A DNA stretch of 64,000 nucleotides from Bacteroidales bacterium (GTDB lineage Bacteria > Bacteroidota > Bacteroidia > Bacteroidales > WRLA01). The notes beneath the pieces are model-generated. The model worked only from the letters and a program-made list of their open reading frames with translations, made no database searches and was not told the origin of the DNA. The DNA is taken from NCBI GenBank assembly GCA_963662905.2, contig CAXXFD010000004.1:194172-258171 (forward strand), read 5' to 3'. Position numbers and translations under genes: made by a program. This document shows, in pieces, positions 37,029 through 44,955 of the stretch (position 1 is its first letter; each line of letters begins with the position of its first letter).

Positions 37029-39083
37029 TTATTTTTTAACAATTTTAATAATATGAGTTTGCTCATCAATATTGATTTTTAAAGTGTACAAACCTGTATT
37101 CAAGTTGGTCAACCTTAGCTGTCTTCTAAAAATAAAGCCGTCTGTAACTGCCTTTTCACTGTAAATTATTTGTCCCAGGGTTGAGTAGATTTCGATAACA
37201 ATGGGCTGCTTATGCTCCGTGTTTTTTGCAACCTCTATATTTAACCAATCCTCAACAGGGTTAGGGTAGGCATTGATACGTAATTCTGTTTTTGAGCGAT
37301 CATGGACATTGATAAGGATTTCATCAGTACTTTCACAATTATTATAATCAGTAGTAAATACTGAGAGTTTATGAATCCCAGGGGTTAAGCTATTTGCCTC
37401 AATGCTTATATTTTTTGTTTCCTCTCCAGAACTCCATATGTATGTTTTAAAACCACCCAGAACTTCAACCTGGGCTATTTCATCCCTATATAGCTCAATA
37501 TCACCACCGAGCTTTGGTTTTCTCAAAGGTTCAACAATAGCCATAACAGTGTCTAGTGCTTCACAACCTCTTGTACTAACAACTTTTATCGTAATCATCT
37601 GAGTTGAATCAGCTATATAGGAATTGCTTCCTTGGACGCCGTTCCATAAATATCGGCTAAAGGAGGAATCAACCTTGATTTTTATAGGTTCACCGCAAAG
37701 TGAATATAGTTCATTTTGAGAAAGAAGGTCTTTATACATACTGCAATCCAAGAGCCTGGAAGCATAATAGTTTTCGCCCGGGGCAAAATCGGACTGATTA
37801 TCGAAAATTCGAATGGAATTGCTGAAATTGCCATTAACAAATATTGTTTGCTCATCATATATCATGGCATGGCGAATGAAATTTGAGTTCGAGTCACCAA
37901 TGGGCTCTATTTGCTCCAAGATCCCTTTTCCGTCCAGCTTGGCCAAAAAGGCATCTGTTGACAGATTTTGAGATTCAATTTGCCAGTCATCAATGTCAAT
38001 TTTCCCTATAAATGAACCTCCGATAATTAATCTATCCCTACCTGGGTCATAGTCCATTGTTTTTGGATAATCATTGGCAATTCCCCCAAAAGAATTTATC
38101 CACTTAAGTCGGTAAGATGAATCAACCCCAGCAATAAACACATCATTCATTCCATTAGAAATTATGGCCTTGCCCCCGAAGCTAATTTCATCCTGAAATG
38201 ATCCAATGGCGATAAAACCGTCTTTAGTGAAAGCAATGTCGACGATTTCGTCGTCGTAATCCCCGCCAAACAGAAAAGCGGAAATATTGTCCGACTGTAT
38301 TTTTGATGGATCTAATTCCAAGACAATTCCGTCTCTCATTCCTTTGCTGCTAAATAATTGATTGTTAACAGTGACCTTATCCTTAAAAGCCCCTCCAAGA
38401 ATAATATTTTGATTAGGAGCTGTTTTAATAAAGTTTAGCTCAAAAAACCTGCTTTCCAGTCCGCAACTGTCAAAAACAAGGCCTGTTTCATCAAGGAAAT
38501 AAATCCGATATAGCTTTTTATTGTTATCATTAGGTTTAAATGACCTAAGCTCCGCTGCAATTACTGTGCTATCTCCCTGGGCAAATGTTCCTTGAACAAA
38601 TGAATATTTCGGATACTCTATGAACCTTTTAAAATTACCATTTTTAGTCAGCATTAGCTCAAAAGACCTTATTGACTTTGAATGCGAAAGCTTTCTTCCG
38701 TTAAATTCAATAGTTCCACGGAAAGAACCATATAATATGATTGTTTCTTCTGACTGATTTACAGTTAAACTATTGATATGACAAAACTTATCACTTAATA
38801 CGTTTTGCGCCCAAAGCTCAATTCCGGAACTGTCTAATTTTTTTATATAAGAAACTAATGAAGACTCCTTAAAAGCAAGGTTTATTTTATTGGTATCAAT
38901 TATTTGTTTAACTCCCGTTAAATAGGTGCATGATGATTTATCAAGGTAAGCGTCCGATATACTTTGAACACCAATTTCTTTTGAATTTAGCATCCACTCA
39001 ACGGATGTACCTTGGGCTGCTGTAAAAGAGATAGGAGCCAATATGCTCAGGGCAAATAAAAAGAGCTGGAATTGACGTGTCAT
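37029..39083 (-). CDS. SBBP-like beta-propeller repeat protein with Ig-like modules and T9SS C-terminal sorting domain
   Basis: Has a signal peptide. Repeats of the type GG..D....I....DG.I.IGSF.....FGG......G..D.FIA resemble SBBP repeats. The C-terminus INAYPNPVEDWLNIEV...GLYTLKINIDEQTHIIKIVKK is a type-A CTD. Confidence 0.65.
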   Translation of the reverse strand: MTRQFQLFLFALSILAPISFTAAQGTSVEWMLNSKEIGVQSISDAYLDKSSCTYLTGVKQIIDTNKINLAFKESSLVSYIKKLDSSGIELWAQNVLSDKFCHINSLTVNQSEETIILYGSFRGTIEFNGRKLSHSKSIRSFELMLTKNGNFKRFIEYPKYSFVQGTFAQGDSTVIAAELRSFKPNDNNKKLYRIYFLDETGLVFDSCGLESRFFELNFIKTAPNQNIILGGAFKDKVTVNNQLFSSKGMRDGIVLELDPSKIQSDNISAFLFGGDYDDEIVDIAFTKDGFIAIGSFQDEISFGGKAIISNGMNDVFIAGVDSSYRLKWINSFGGIANDYPKTMDYDPGRDRLIIGGSFIGKIDIDDWQIESQNLSTDAFLAKLDGKGILEQIEPIGDSNSNFIRHAMIYDEQTIFVNGNFSNSIRIFDNQSDFAPGENYYASRLLDCSMYKDLLSQNELYSLCGEPIKIKVDSSFSRYLWNGVQGSNSYIADSTQMITIKVVSTRGCEALDTVMAIVEPLRKPKLGGDIELYRDEIAQVEVLGGFKTYIWSSGEETKNISIEANSLTPGIHKLSVFTTDYNNCESTDEILINVHDRSKTELRINAYPNPVEDWLNIEVAKNTEHKQPIVIEIYSTLGQIIYSEKAVTDGFIFRRQLRLTNLNTGLYTLKINIDEQTHIIKIVKK

Positions 39084-39095
39084 CTTTTATTTCTT

Positions 39096-40760
39096 TTAGT
39101 TTGCTATTTTTTCAGAGAGCTTGTTCAAGTCTTCCTGCTGCCGGATGATGAGCTTTTGCTGTTCATCAATCTGCTTCTGCTGCTTAATCACATAAAGCGT
39201 CAGCTCTTCAATTTTCTGCAAGAGTTTGGCATCCATTTGCCCTACATTGATGCCTTCTTCGGCAACCTGATCAGCTGAAGGGATATCAGGAAGGTGTTTG
39301 TGTTCCTTTATGTAAGATTCCACTTCATGGAGGGGGCGCAGTTTGTAGTTATCCGCGAATACGAAATCGCTCCATTCGGTTAATAACTTAACCCATAGTT
39401 CAGTGGCCATGATTCCACCGTTGACGTAGAGTTTGGCCGTGTTGGCATCATCAATAAAGGTTTGTCTTTCGCCAGGAGTAGATAGCCCTATACCCACAGC
39501 ATTGTTGCTTTTAACTAGTAGGCCTTCTGAGGCGATAAGGTTACCTTTATGGTCAACAGCGGAAAACCTATTCAAGGTAATGAAATTCGGATCTGCCAAA
39601 TCAGTAACACGCAAATCACCATTCACATGCAGTTGTGTTTCAGGCAACTCAGTTCCGACCCCAATTTTACCTTCTTCATCGGAGATAAAAAGGGCGTAGT
39701 TGAGTTCTACTTCTCCCGGGGCTGCTTCTAAACTTCTAATTGGTTTCCAAAAATTCAAACCATCGGATTCATATTTAATACCCCAACGGCCATTTGGGTT
39801 TTCCGGATCACCATAATTATCAAATAATAGGGAACTATTAGGCGTGTTTATAAGTATTTTTCCGTTTACATGAAGATCTTGTAAAGGTCTAATAGCGTTT
39901 ATTCCTACATTTCCGGTTTGGTTCTGGATAAACAAATGTACCCTGCGGTCAACAATATTTAATGTAGGGTCATCACCAACACCACCAGAGCCCCCTCCTG
40001 TTGTTCCGTAAACAGGTTCAAAAAACCTTAAGCCTTTGTTTAATTGGTAATCTACGCCCCAACTTACTTCTCCGTCTTGGGGTGTAGCGTTAAAAAATAC
40101 AGCTTTGTTTTCCCCGGTTACACAAATATTCCCGGCTACATCCAGTTTGAAATGCGGTATTTTATTTCCAATTCCCACAAAGCCAATATCTGTCGGCACA
40201 TCATTCCCTTTAACATAAATAGCTGGCGTTATGCTCCCCGCAGCAAAAGCAAGACTGTAGGGCTCAAATGTTTCAGTACCAAAACCTAAGGCGATAGAAT
40301 GATGGGCTGAAGAACCTGTCACAAGGTTTGCTCCCAATGCTGCACTATATTCACCTCTTAATTGTAAGTCTTTGCCCAGTCCCAATGTCCACAAATTGAA
40401 GGATGTATTATTGAATCCCAACAACATAGTGTTTTCAGTGTTATCGGCAGATTCATTATATGAACCAAAAAGAAAAGACTGTGGAGTACGTGTGCCGGCA
40501 ATATTGTTATTTCCTAATAAAACCGAATTGCCCGAATTGCTTGGTATATAGTTATTATATCCAATACCAATACTGTGACTTCCATTAACCTCACTATTAA
40601 CGCCAAGGCCAAAAGCACTGAGTCCGGTAACTGTGGCGCCATTAAATGCTGTATTTGAGCTGCTAGATGTGCCGCAATTAAAGCATTGAGATTTAGCCAA
40701 TAAATGACAGAGAATAAAGCTTATGGCTAAGCAAGTTATTAAAAGCTGTTTGTTTTTCAT
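39096..40760 (-). CDS. Secreted tail-fibre-like / adhesin-head-like protein with C-terminal coiled coil
   Basis: Has a signal peptide. The N-terminal third has short G/N/S-rich repeats like trimeric-adhesin heads (SIGIGYNN, VLLGNNNIAG, MLLGFNN, SAALGANLVTG, SIALGFG). The motif (K/H/Y)(L/V)xV(A/N)G recurs (FKLDVAGNI, LHVNGKI, LHVNGDL, LYVNGGI). The C-terminus reads WSDFVFADNYKLRPLHEVESYIKEHKHLPDIPSA...LLQKIEELTLYVIKQQKQIDEQQKLI. Confidence 0.55.
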   Translation of the reverse strand: MKNKQLLITCLAISFILCHLLAKSQCFNCGTSSSSNTAFNGATVTGLSAFGLGVNSEVNGSHSIGIGYNNYIPSNSGNSVLLGNNNIAGTRTPQSFLFGSYNESADNTENTMLLGFNNTSFNLWTLGLGKDLQLRGEYSAALGANLVTGSSAHHSIALGFGTETFEPYSLAFAAGSITPAIYVKGNDVPTDIGFVGIGNKIPHFKLDVAGNICVTGENKAVFFNATPQDGEVSWGVDYQLNKGLRFFEPVYGTTGGGSGGVGDDPTLNIVDRRVHLFIQNQTGNVGINAIRPLQDLHVNGKILINTPNSSLLFDNYGDPENPNGRWGIKYESDGLNFWKPIRSLEAAPGEVELNYALFISDEEGKIGVGTELPETQLHVNGDLRVTDLADPNFITLNRFSAVDHKGNLIASEGLLVKSNNAVGIGLSTPGERQTFIDDANTAKLYVNGGIMATELWVKLLTEWSDFVFADNYKLRPLHEVESYIKEHKHLPDIPSADQVAEEGINVGQMDAKLLQKIEELTLYVIKQQKQIDEQQKLIIRQQEDLNKLSEKIAN

Positions 40761-40956
40761 TTTGTTTTTTATGTTTGAATATTATTACTATTTTTGTCGT
40801 GAAAGAAATTAATGTGTTGCTTATTGATTTTTATATTAATACCATAAGCCCTTAAAAGGTTACCCATTTTCGGAAAAAATTTTAAAAAAAATTTAGTTTC
40901 TGGTGTAAGTGGTTGATTATGTGAAATTTTATTAAATAATTTTTTAAAACACATTA

Positions 40957-42981
40957 ATGATGAAAAAGAATATACTCATCGTATTTTGGCTGTTTTCAGC
41001 CTTTTTTTGGGATTCGTATGCCCAAACCGTATTCTTAGAAGACTTTAGTAAAGGGGATTCCTCGCTTGAAGGCTGGGAAGTTGGCCCCAACGATTATCCT
41101 GTATTTTCGGAATATCGTATTGCAAATACAGCCTTATGCAAACGCGAAGCACCGGAGTTTAATCTGTATTATTGTGGCAAAGAAACACATAAAGGCAACT
41201 CTGGTGAGTATTATGGTGATGGAATTGATTTGATCTCCCCGCAATTTGATTTTTCGCAATATGATGAGCTCAACCTATCTGTTGACCTATATTATTTGCC
41301 AGATCTGGTCTGGATAGTTTATCAGCTCTATTTTATTGTTGAAACGCGTAATAATTTTACAGAGGATTGGGTTGAACTTTTTCACTATAAGTATGAGTAT
41401 GGGACTAAGGATTTAGAACCACCATTTAACCTAATAATGGCTCTTGATTCATCAATGTTCAAAAAAGAAGGATTTCAAATTAAATTAAGGCTTTCTAGTA
41501 ATGTGGGCTGGATGTCATACAGTAATAACTGGTTTAATATTGACAATATCCATATTTATCAACCTGATCAGCATGACCTTGGTTTTTTTACGGATTATCC
41601 GGATGTCCATATGGAGAAGGATTCCGTATTTATACCCAGGGTATTTGTCAGGAACAACGGGCTAATGAATACCGAAGGACAGGTAAACTGTCAGATAAAA
41701 GAGTTTCAGACTGGCGACTTAATTTATAATGAAACTGTTGGCACAACTGAGCCTGGATCACTGGATACTGTAAGCCTTCATTTCCCTCCTTTTGTTGTTC
41801 CTTACAGCAACAATCTCTATGATGTTGAATATCAGCTTATGTGTACGGGTGATGTCAATATCGATGATAATAATGCTTCATTTAAAATTGATTCCTATAC
41901 AAGTTTGTATCATAATATATTAAGTATCAATGTTTTGTATTCAACAGAGTTTTTGGAATCCGGATATAATATGATGGTACCGTATATCATTGACTTGCCT
42001 GATGTATTGGAGGAATATGATGATATAAAGGAAGCTATCCCCAGATGTCAAGTGGCTAACTATATATATGATGATGTACCGGATTCACTAGATACACAAA
42101 CTGCAATGGCATTTTTACATAGTATTGATGCGGACTTTGAAGCGGGAGGACCTTCTCCGAACTTAATTCCTCATATTCCTGCATGGATTTTCCTTCCTGG
42201 CAACAATATATATCCTGTACACTCTTGTTTTACGTATCCTAATGATCCAAGCACAGACTATATCATAATAATTGATGAGTTGGCACAGCACGCCAGGAGT
42301 GCATTTTCATTGGATATTTTTGGTACCCATTCCGGCCTGGATTATAGTATCATGGTCGAACTCACCCCCAAAGCCCCAATCGTAAATGAATATTTAAAAT
42401 TACATACGGTAATCACACGCTCCCATGTGCCGTCTAATGCCAATCCGGAAATACCAGATCGGTACCGCGTTGAATTCTTCGACGACGTAGTCCAAATGGC
42501 CCTGCCCGATACCAACGGCATTGCTTTTTCCATGGACGGATCAGAGACCAGCGCCAAGCAATGGGAAATGTCATTCAGTTTAAAGGATTTCTGGGATCCG
42601 GAGCAGGTGAAGGTTGTAACTTATGTTCAGGATACATTTACCTACGACATCCTGCAGTGCCGTGCTGTGCCCCTGCAAAACCTTTGGGGCGTAGGAATGG
42701 AAGAAGAAGCGCAAATGCCTGCAGAAAGCGTCCTTATCAGTCCCAATCCGGCAAAAGACATGCTTTATGCGCAGCTCATGCTGGAAATGCCGGCCAATGT
42801 GGATTTCCGCCTTTTTGATATCAATGGCCGCGATCTGGGCATCCTGAAAAGAAGCTTCCTCGGTGCAGGCAACCACAAAGTGCAGATCAGTGTACCGAAG
42901 CACATAAAAACAGGCATCTACATCCTGCAAACAGAAACAGAGCGTGAGCTTTATTCGCAGAAACTGAATATTGTGCGGTAA
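40957..42981 (+). CDS. T9SS-secreted protein (choice-of-anchor-J-like N-terminus, Omp28-related-like region, type-A CTD)
   Basis: Signal peptide MMKKNILIVFWLFSAFFWDSYAQ. Then FLEDFSKGDSSLEGWEV. A later motif VKVVTYVQDTFTYDILQCRAV is recalled from Omp28-related proteins. The C-terminus SPNPAKDMLYAQL...GIYILQTETERELYSQKLNIVR is CTD-like. Confidence 0.55.
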   Translation: MMKKNILIVFWLFSAFFWDSYAQTVFLEDFSKGDSSLEGWEVGPNDYPVFSEYRIANTALCKREAPEFNLYYCGKETHKGNSGEYYGDGIDLISPQFDFSQYDELNLSVDLYYLPDLVWIVYQLYFIVETRNNFTEDWVELFHYKYEYGTKDLEPPFNLIMALDSSMFKKEGFQIKLRLSSNVGWMSYSNNWFNIDNIHIYQPDQHDLGFFTDYPDVHMEKDSVFIPRVFVRNNGLMNTEGQVNCQIKEFQTGDLIYNETVGTTEPGSLDTVSLHFPPFVVPYSNNLYDVEYQLMCTGDVNIDDNNASFKIDSYTSLYHNILSINVLYSTEFLESGYNMMVPYIIDLPDVLEEYDDIKEAIPRCQVANYIYDDVPDSLDTQTAMAFLHSIDADFEAGGPSPNLIPHIPAWIFLPGNNIYPVHSCFTYPNDPSTDYIIIIDELAQHARSAFSLDIFGTHSGLDYSIMVELTPKAPIVNEYLKLHTVITRSHVPSNANPEIPDRYRVEFFDDVVQMALPDTNGIAFSMDGSETSAKQWEMSFSLKDFWDPEQVKVVTYVQDTFTYDILQCRAVPLQNLWGVGMEEEAQMPAESVLISPNPAKDMLYAQLMLEMPANVDFRLFDINGRDLGILKRSFLGAGNHKVQISVPKHIKTGIYILQTETERELYSQKLNIVR

Positions 42982-42996
42982 TTCTTTTATTAAACG

Positions 42997-43036
42997 AAAA
43001 CCCAAAAGGCACGACGCATCGCACCTTTTGGGTTTT
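42997..43036. terminator. Bidirectional hairpin terminator between convergent genes
   Basis: aaaacccaaaagg - 14-nt loop - ccttttgggtttt. The 13-bp stem has A/T runs on both sides. Confidence 0.65.
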
Positions 43037-43064
43037 CTCATTCCATATCGCCCCCGGTTTTCCC

Positions 43065-43475
43065 CTACTTCACTTCATAAGCCTTCTCCTGAAAAGCTTC
43101 GGGCGTATCTTCTTCGTCGTATTTTGAAGGGCATTTGAGCAGGAGGCTGCTGGCGAGCACTTCATCGCCATTGGCTTTGGCAACGATGACCACCTGCTCC
43201 GATTTCTCAAAATCCTGTGGCTTGGCATCGTAATAAACCACTTTTTTCTCCTGGCCGTTCTGGTCGATCATATAAAACGAAAACCGATCGGGTTGCAGGG
43301 GATTAAACTCAATGGGTTTTTCGGTGTTGAGGCTACCGATGACGTGAAATTCCTGCTGTGGATGCTTTTCCAGTGCTTCAAAATTTGCATAAGTGCTGGA
43401 ATCGCCAAAAGTACTGATCACTACGCCCAGCGTCACAACCAGCATAATCAGCAATATAATGTGCATTTTTTTCAT
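43065..43475 (-). CDS. ccmE: Cytochrome c maturation heme chaperone CcmE, CxxxY variant
   Basis: N-terminal membrane anchor, an OB-fold-like body (EFHVIGSL ... VVYYDAKPQDFEKSEQVVIVAK), and KCPSKY where canonical CcmE has HxxxY. Confidence 0.8.
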   Translation of the reverse strand: MKKMHIILLIMLVVTLGVVISTFGDSSTYANFEALEKHPQQEFHVIGSLNTEKPIEFNPLQPDRFSFYMIDQNGQEKKVVYYDAKPQDFEKSEQVVIVAKANGDEVLASSLLLKCPSKYDEEDTPEAFQEKAYEVK

Positions 43476-43630
43476 GAGGATGCATTTTTTTGTGCCACGT
43501 CCAGTTCTGATTGCCGGTTTTCCATCTTCTTAATCCGGCGCTCCATCAGGAACAAAAAAACGTACAATCCGATCAGGATTACGGCCAGCACGGCCACAAC
43601 CACCATTATTTTTCCATCCGTTTCAAACAT
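43472..43630 (-). CDS. ccmD: CcmD-like small membrane protein (52 aa; below the ORF-track size cutoff)
   Basis: Hand translation: MFETDGKIMVVVAVLAVILIGLYVFLFLMERRIKKMENRQSELDVAQKNASS. It has one TM helix followed by a basic patch. ATGA overlap with ccmE and an 8-nt overlap with the ccmC stop. Confidence 0.6.
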   Translation of the reverse strand: MFETDGKIMVVVAVLAVILIGLYVFLFLMERRIKKMENRQSELDVAQKNASS

Positions 43631-44291
43631 TTTCGTCCAGTTTTTCCTGAAGTTTCCGCATACGGGACCTCAGATTGGTTATCCACACGCCAAGCAAAAT
43701 CCAGCCGACAATTGCCGGATAGAACACCAGGCGCATATTATTGTCGAGCCCGCCGACATCGAGCCCGGGGCTACCGTCCTTTCCGGGATGCAGCGATCCT
43801 TCCGAGAGCCGCGGCAATATCCCGATAAAGACAATAAAAAGCACAAACGCAAAAATATTATAGACCGCACTCAGCCGTGCCTTTTTGTGTTCGTCTTCGA
43901 GCGATCCGCGCAAAATAAAATAGGCAAAATAGATCAGCATTCCTGTTGCAGCACCGTTGAGCTGCGGGTCTTTCACCCAGAAATCGCCCCAGGTAAAACG
44001 CGCCCAAAGCATTCCGGTAAGTATGCCCAGCATGCCAAAAACCAAACCTGAGCGTGCTGCTTCAACGGAAAGCAGGTCGTGTTTGATTTGGAAACCGGAC
44101 AGATACCTGATGCTGTTGACAAAAGAAACCGCCATTAACACAATCATGGTAAACCACATACATACATGGAAAAAGAGGTTTCGGATGGTTTGGTGAATGA
44201 TGGGAAGTTCGGGCACTTTAATGGTAAAACCCGCCACAACCGCATAAAGCAACAAAATCAGAGAAAGTATTTTCCACCAGTGTTTTTTCAT
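43623..44291 (-). CDS. ccmC: Heme exporter/cytochrome c assembly protein CcmC
   Basis: A polytopic membrane protein with the Trp-rich WWD-like loop ARFTWGDFWVKDPQLNG. Confidence 0.8.
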   Translation of the reverse strand: MKKHWWKILSLILLLYAVVAGFTIKVPELPIIHQTIRNLFFHVCMWFTMIVLMAVSFVNSIRYLSGFQIKHDLLSVEAARSGLVFGMLGILTGMLWARFTWGDFWVKDPQLNGAATGMLIYFAYFILRGSLEDEHKKARLSAVYNIFAFVLFIVFIGILPRLSEGSLHPGKDGSPGLDVGGLDNNMRLVFYPAIVGWILLGVWITNLRSRMRKLQEKLDENV

Positions 44292-44294
44292 AAG

Positions 44295-44951
44295 CTAATC
44301 GCGCCAGAGATATGGAAATAAAATAAAAGCCAGCACCACAGAAATGGCAGTGAGCAGGATTAGAACAAGGCAGATGCCCCAAATGTTTACCAGCTCCTGC
44401 ATTCCCAGCGACATGGCCGAAAGTTTCATCAAGCTGAGCAGCATGGGCAGCATCAGCGGAAAGCTCAAAATGGCCATTAAAGCAAAATTATTGCCCGAAC
44501 GTGCCGATATAGCCGAAACCATAGTAAGTATGCTGCTGAAGCCCAATGCGCCCAATAAAAGCGCAAGGATGAAAAGCGGCATATGCACTACCAGGTTTCC
44601 CATAAACATCAGGAAAACCACGAAGCCCACAAAAGCCAGCGCCAGGATCAAAGCCGAATTGTAGATTATTTTGCTGAGCACGATGGCCCGCGCCGAAGCC
44701 ATCATATAAAAGTAGAGATAGCGTGCATCGCTGTCCTGCACAAAACTTTTGGCCACGGCATTCAGGCTGGCAAAGAGAATGATGATCCAGAAAAGAGCAT
44801 TCCAGGTTTCGGCCTGAATAATCTGCCCAAAAGAAAGGTAGCAAACAAAAACGGTACTGACCACATAGAGCAACAGCCCTGCAACAGCAAAGCGCTGCCG
44901 CATCTCCAGCTGCCATTCTTTTTTAATCAGTATGCTTATTTGTTGCCACAT
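44295..44951 (-). CDS. ccmB: Heme exporter membrane protein CcmB
   Basis: About 218 aa with about 6 TM segments, immediately upstream of ccmC. The ATG at 44951 (MWQQISILIKKEW) lies 4 nt after the upstream stop; the track start at 45005 would overlap the upstream gene. Confidence 0.7.
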   Translation of the reverse strand: MWQQISILIKKEWQLEMRQRFAVAGLLLYVVSTVFVCYLSFGQIIQAETWNALFWIIILFASLNAVAKSFVQDSDARYLYFYMMASARAIVLSKIIYNSALILALAFVGFVVFLMFMGNLVVHMPLFILALLLGALGFSSILTMVSAISARSGNNFALMAILSFPLMLPMLLSLMKLSAMSLGMQELVNIWGICLVLILLTAISVVLAFILFPYLWRD

Positions 44952-44955
44952 AATC

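Noticed and set aside
40769-40954. 61-aa minus-strand ORF in the divergent intergenic region
   Set aside because: Very AT-rich with low-complexity translation, and it occupies the likely promoter region of two divergent transcription units.
40808-40958. 11-bp inverted repeat (attaatgtgtt / aacacattaat) spanning the divergent intergenic region; considered as an invertible promoter
   Set aside because: It is short and AT-rich. The right arm overlaps the ATG of the 40957 gene. I found no clear promoter box between the arms and no recombinase nearby. It may be an operator or a chance match.
43293-44051. 252-aa plus-strand ORF, plus other long antisense ORFs (4597..5289 +, 15468..16181 +, 53362..53997 +, 6432..7079 -)
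   Set aside because: These are shadow ORFs opposite well-supported genes (ccmC/ccmD, histidine kinase, barrel protein, tamB, PhnD-like gene) and carry no motifs of their own.
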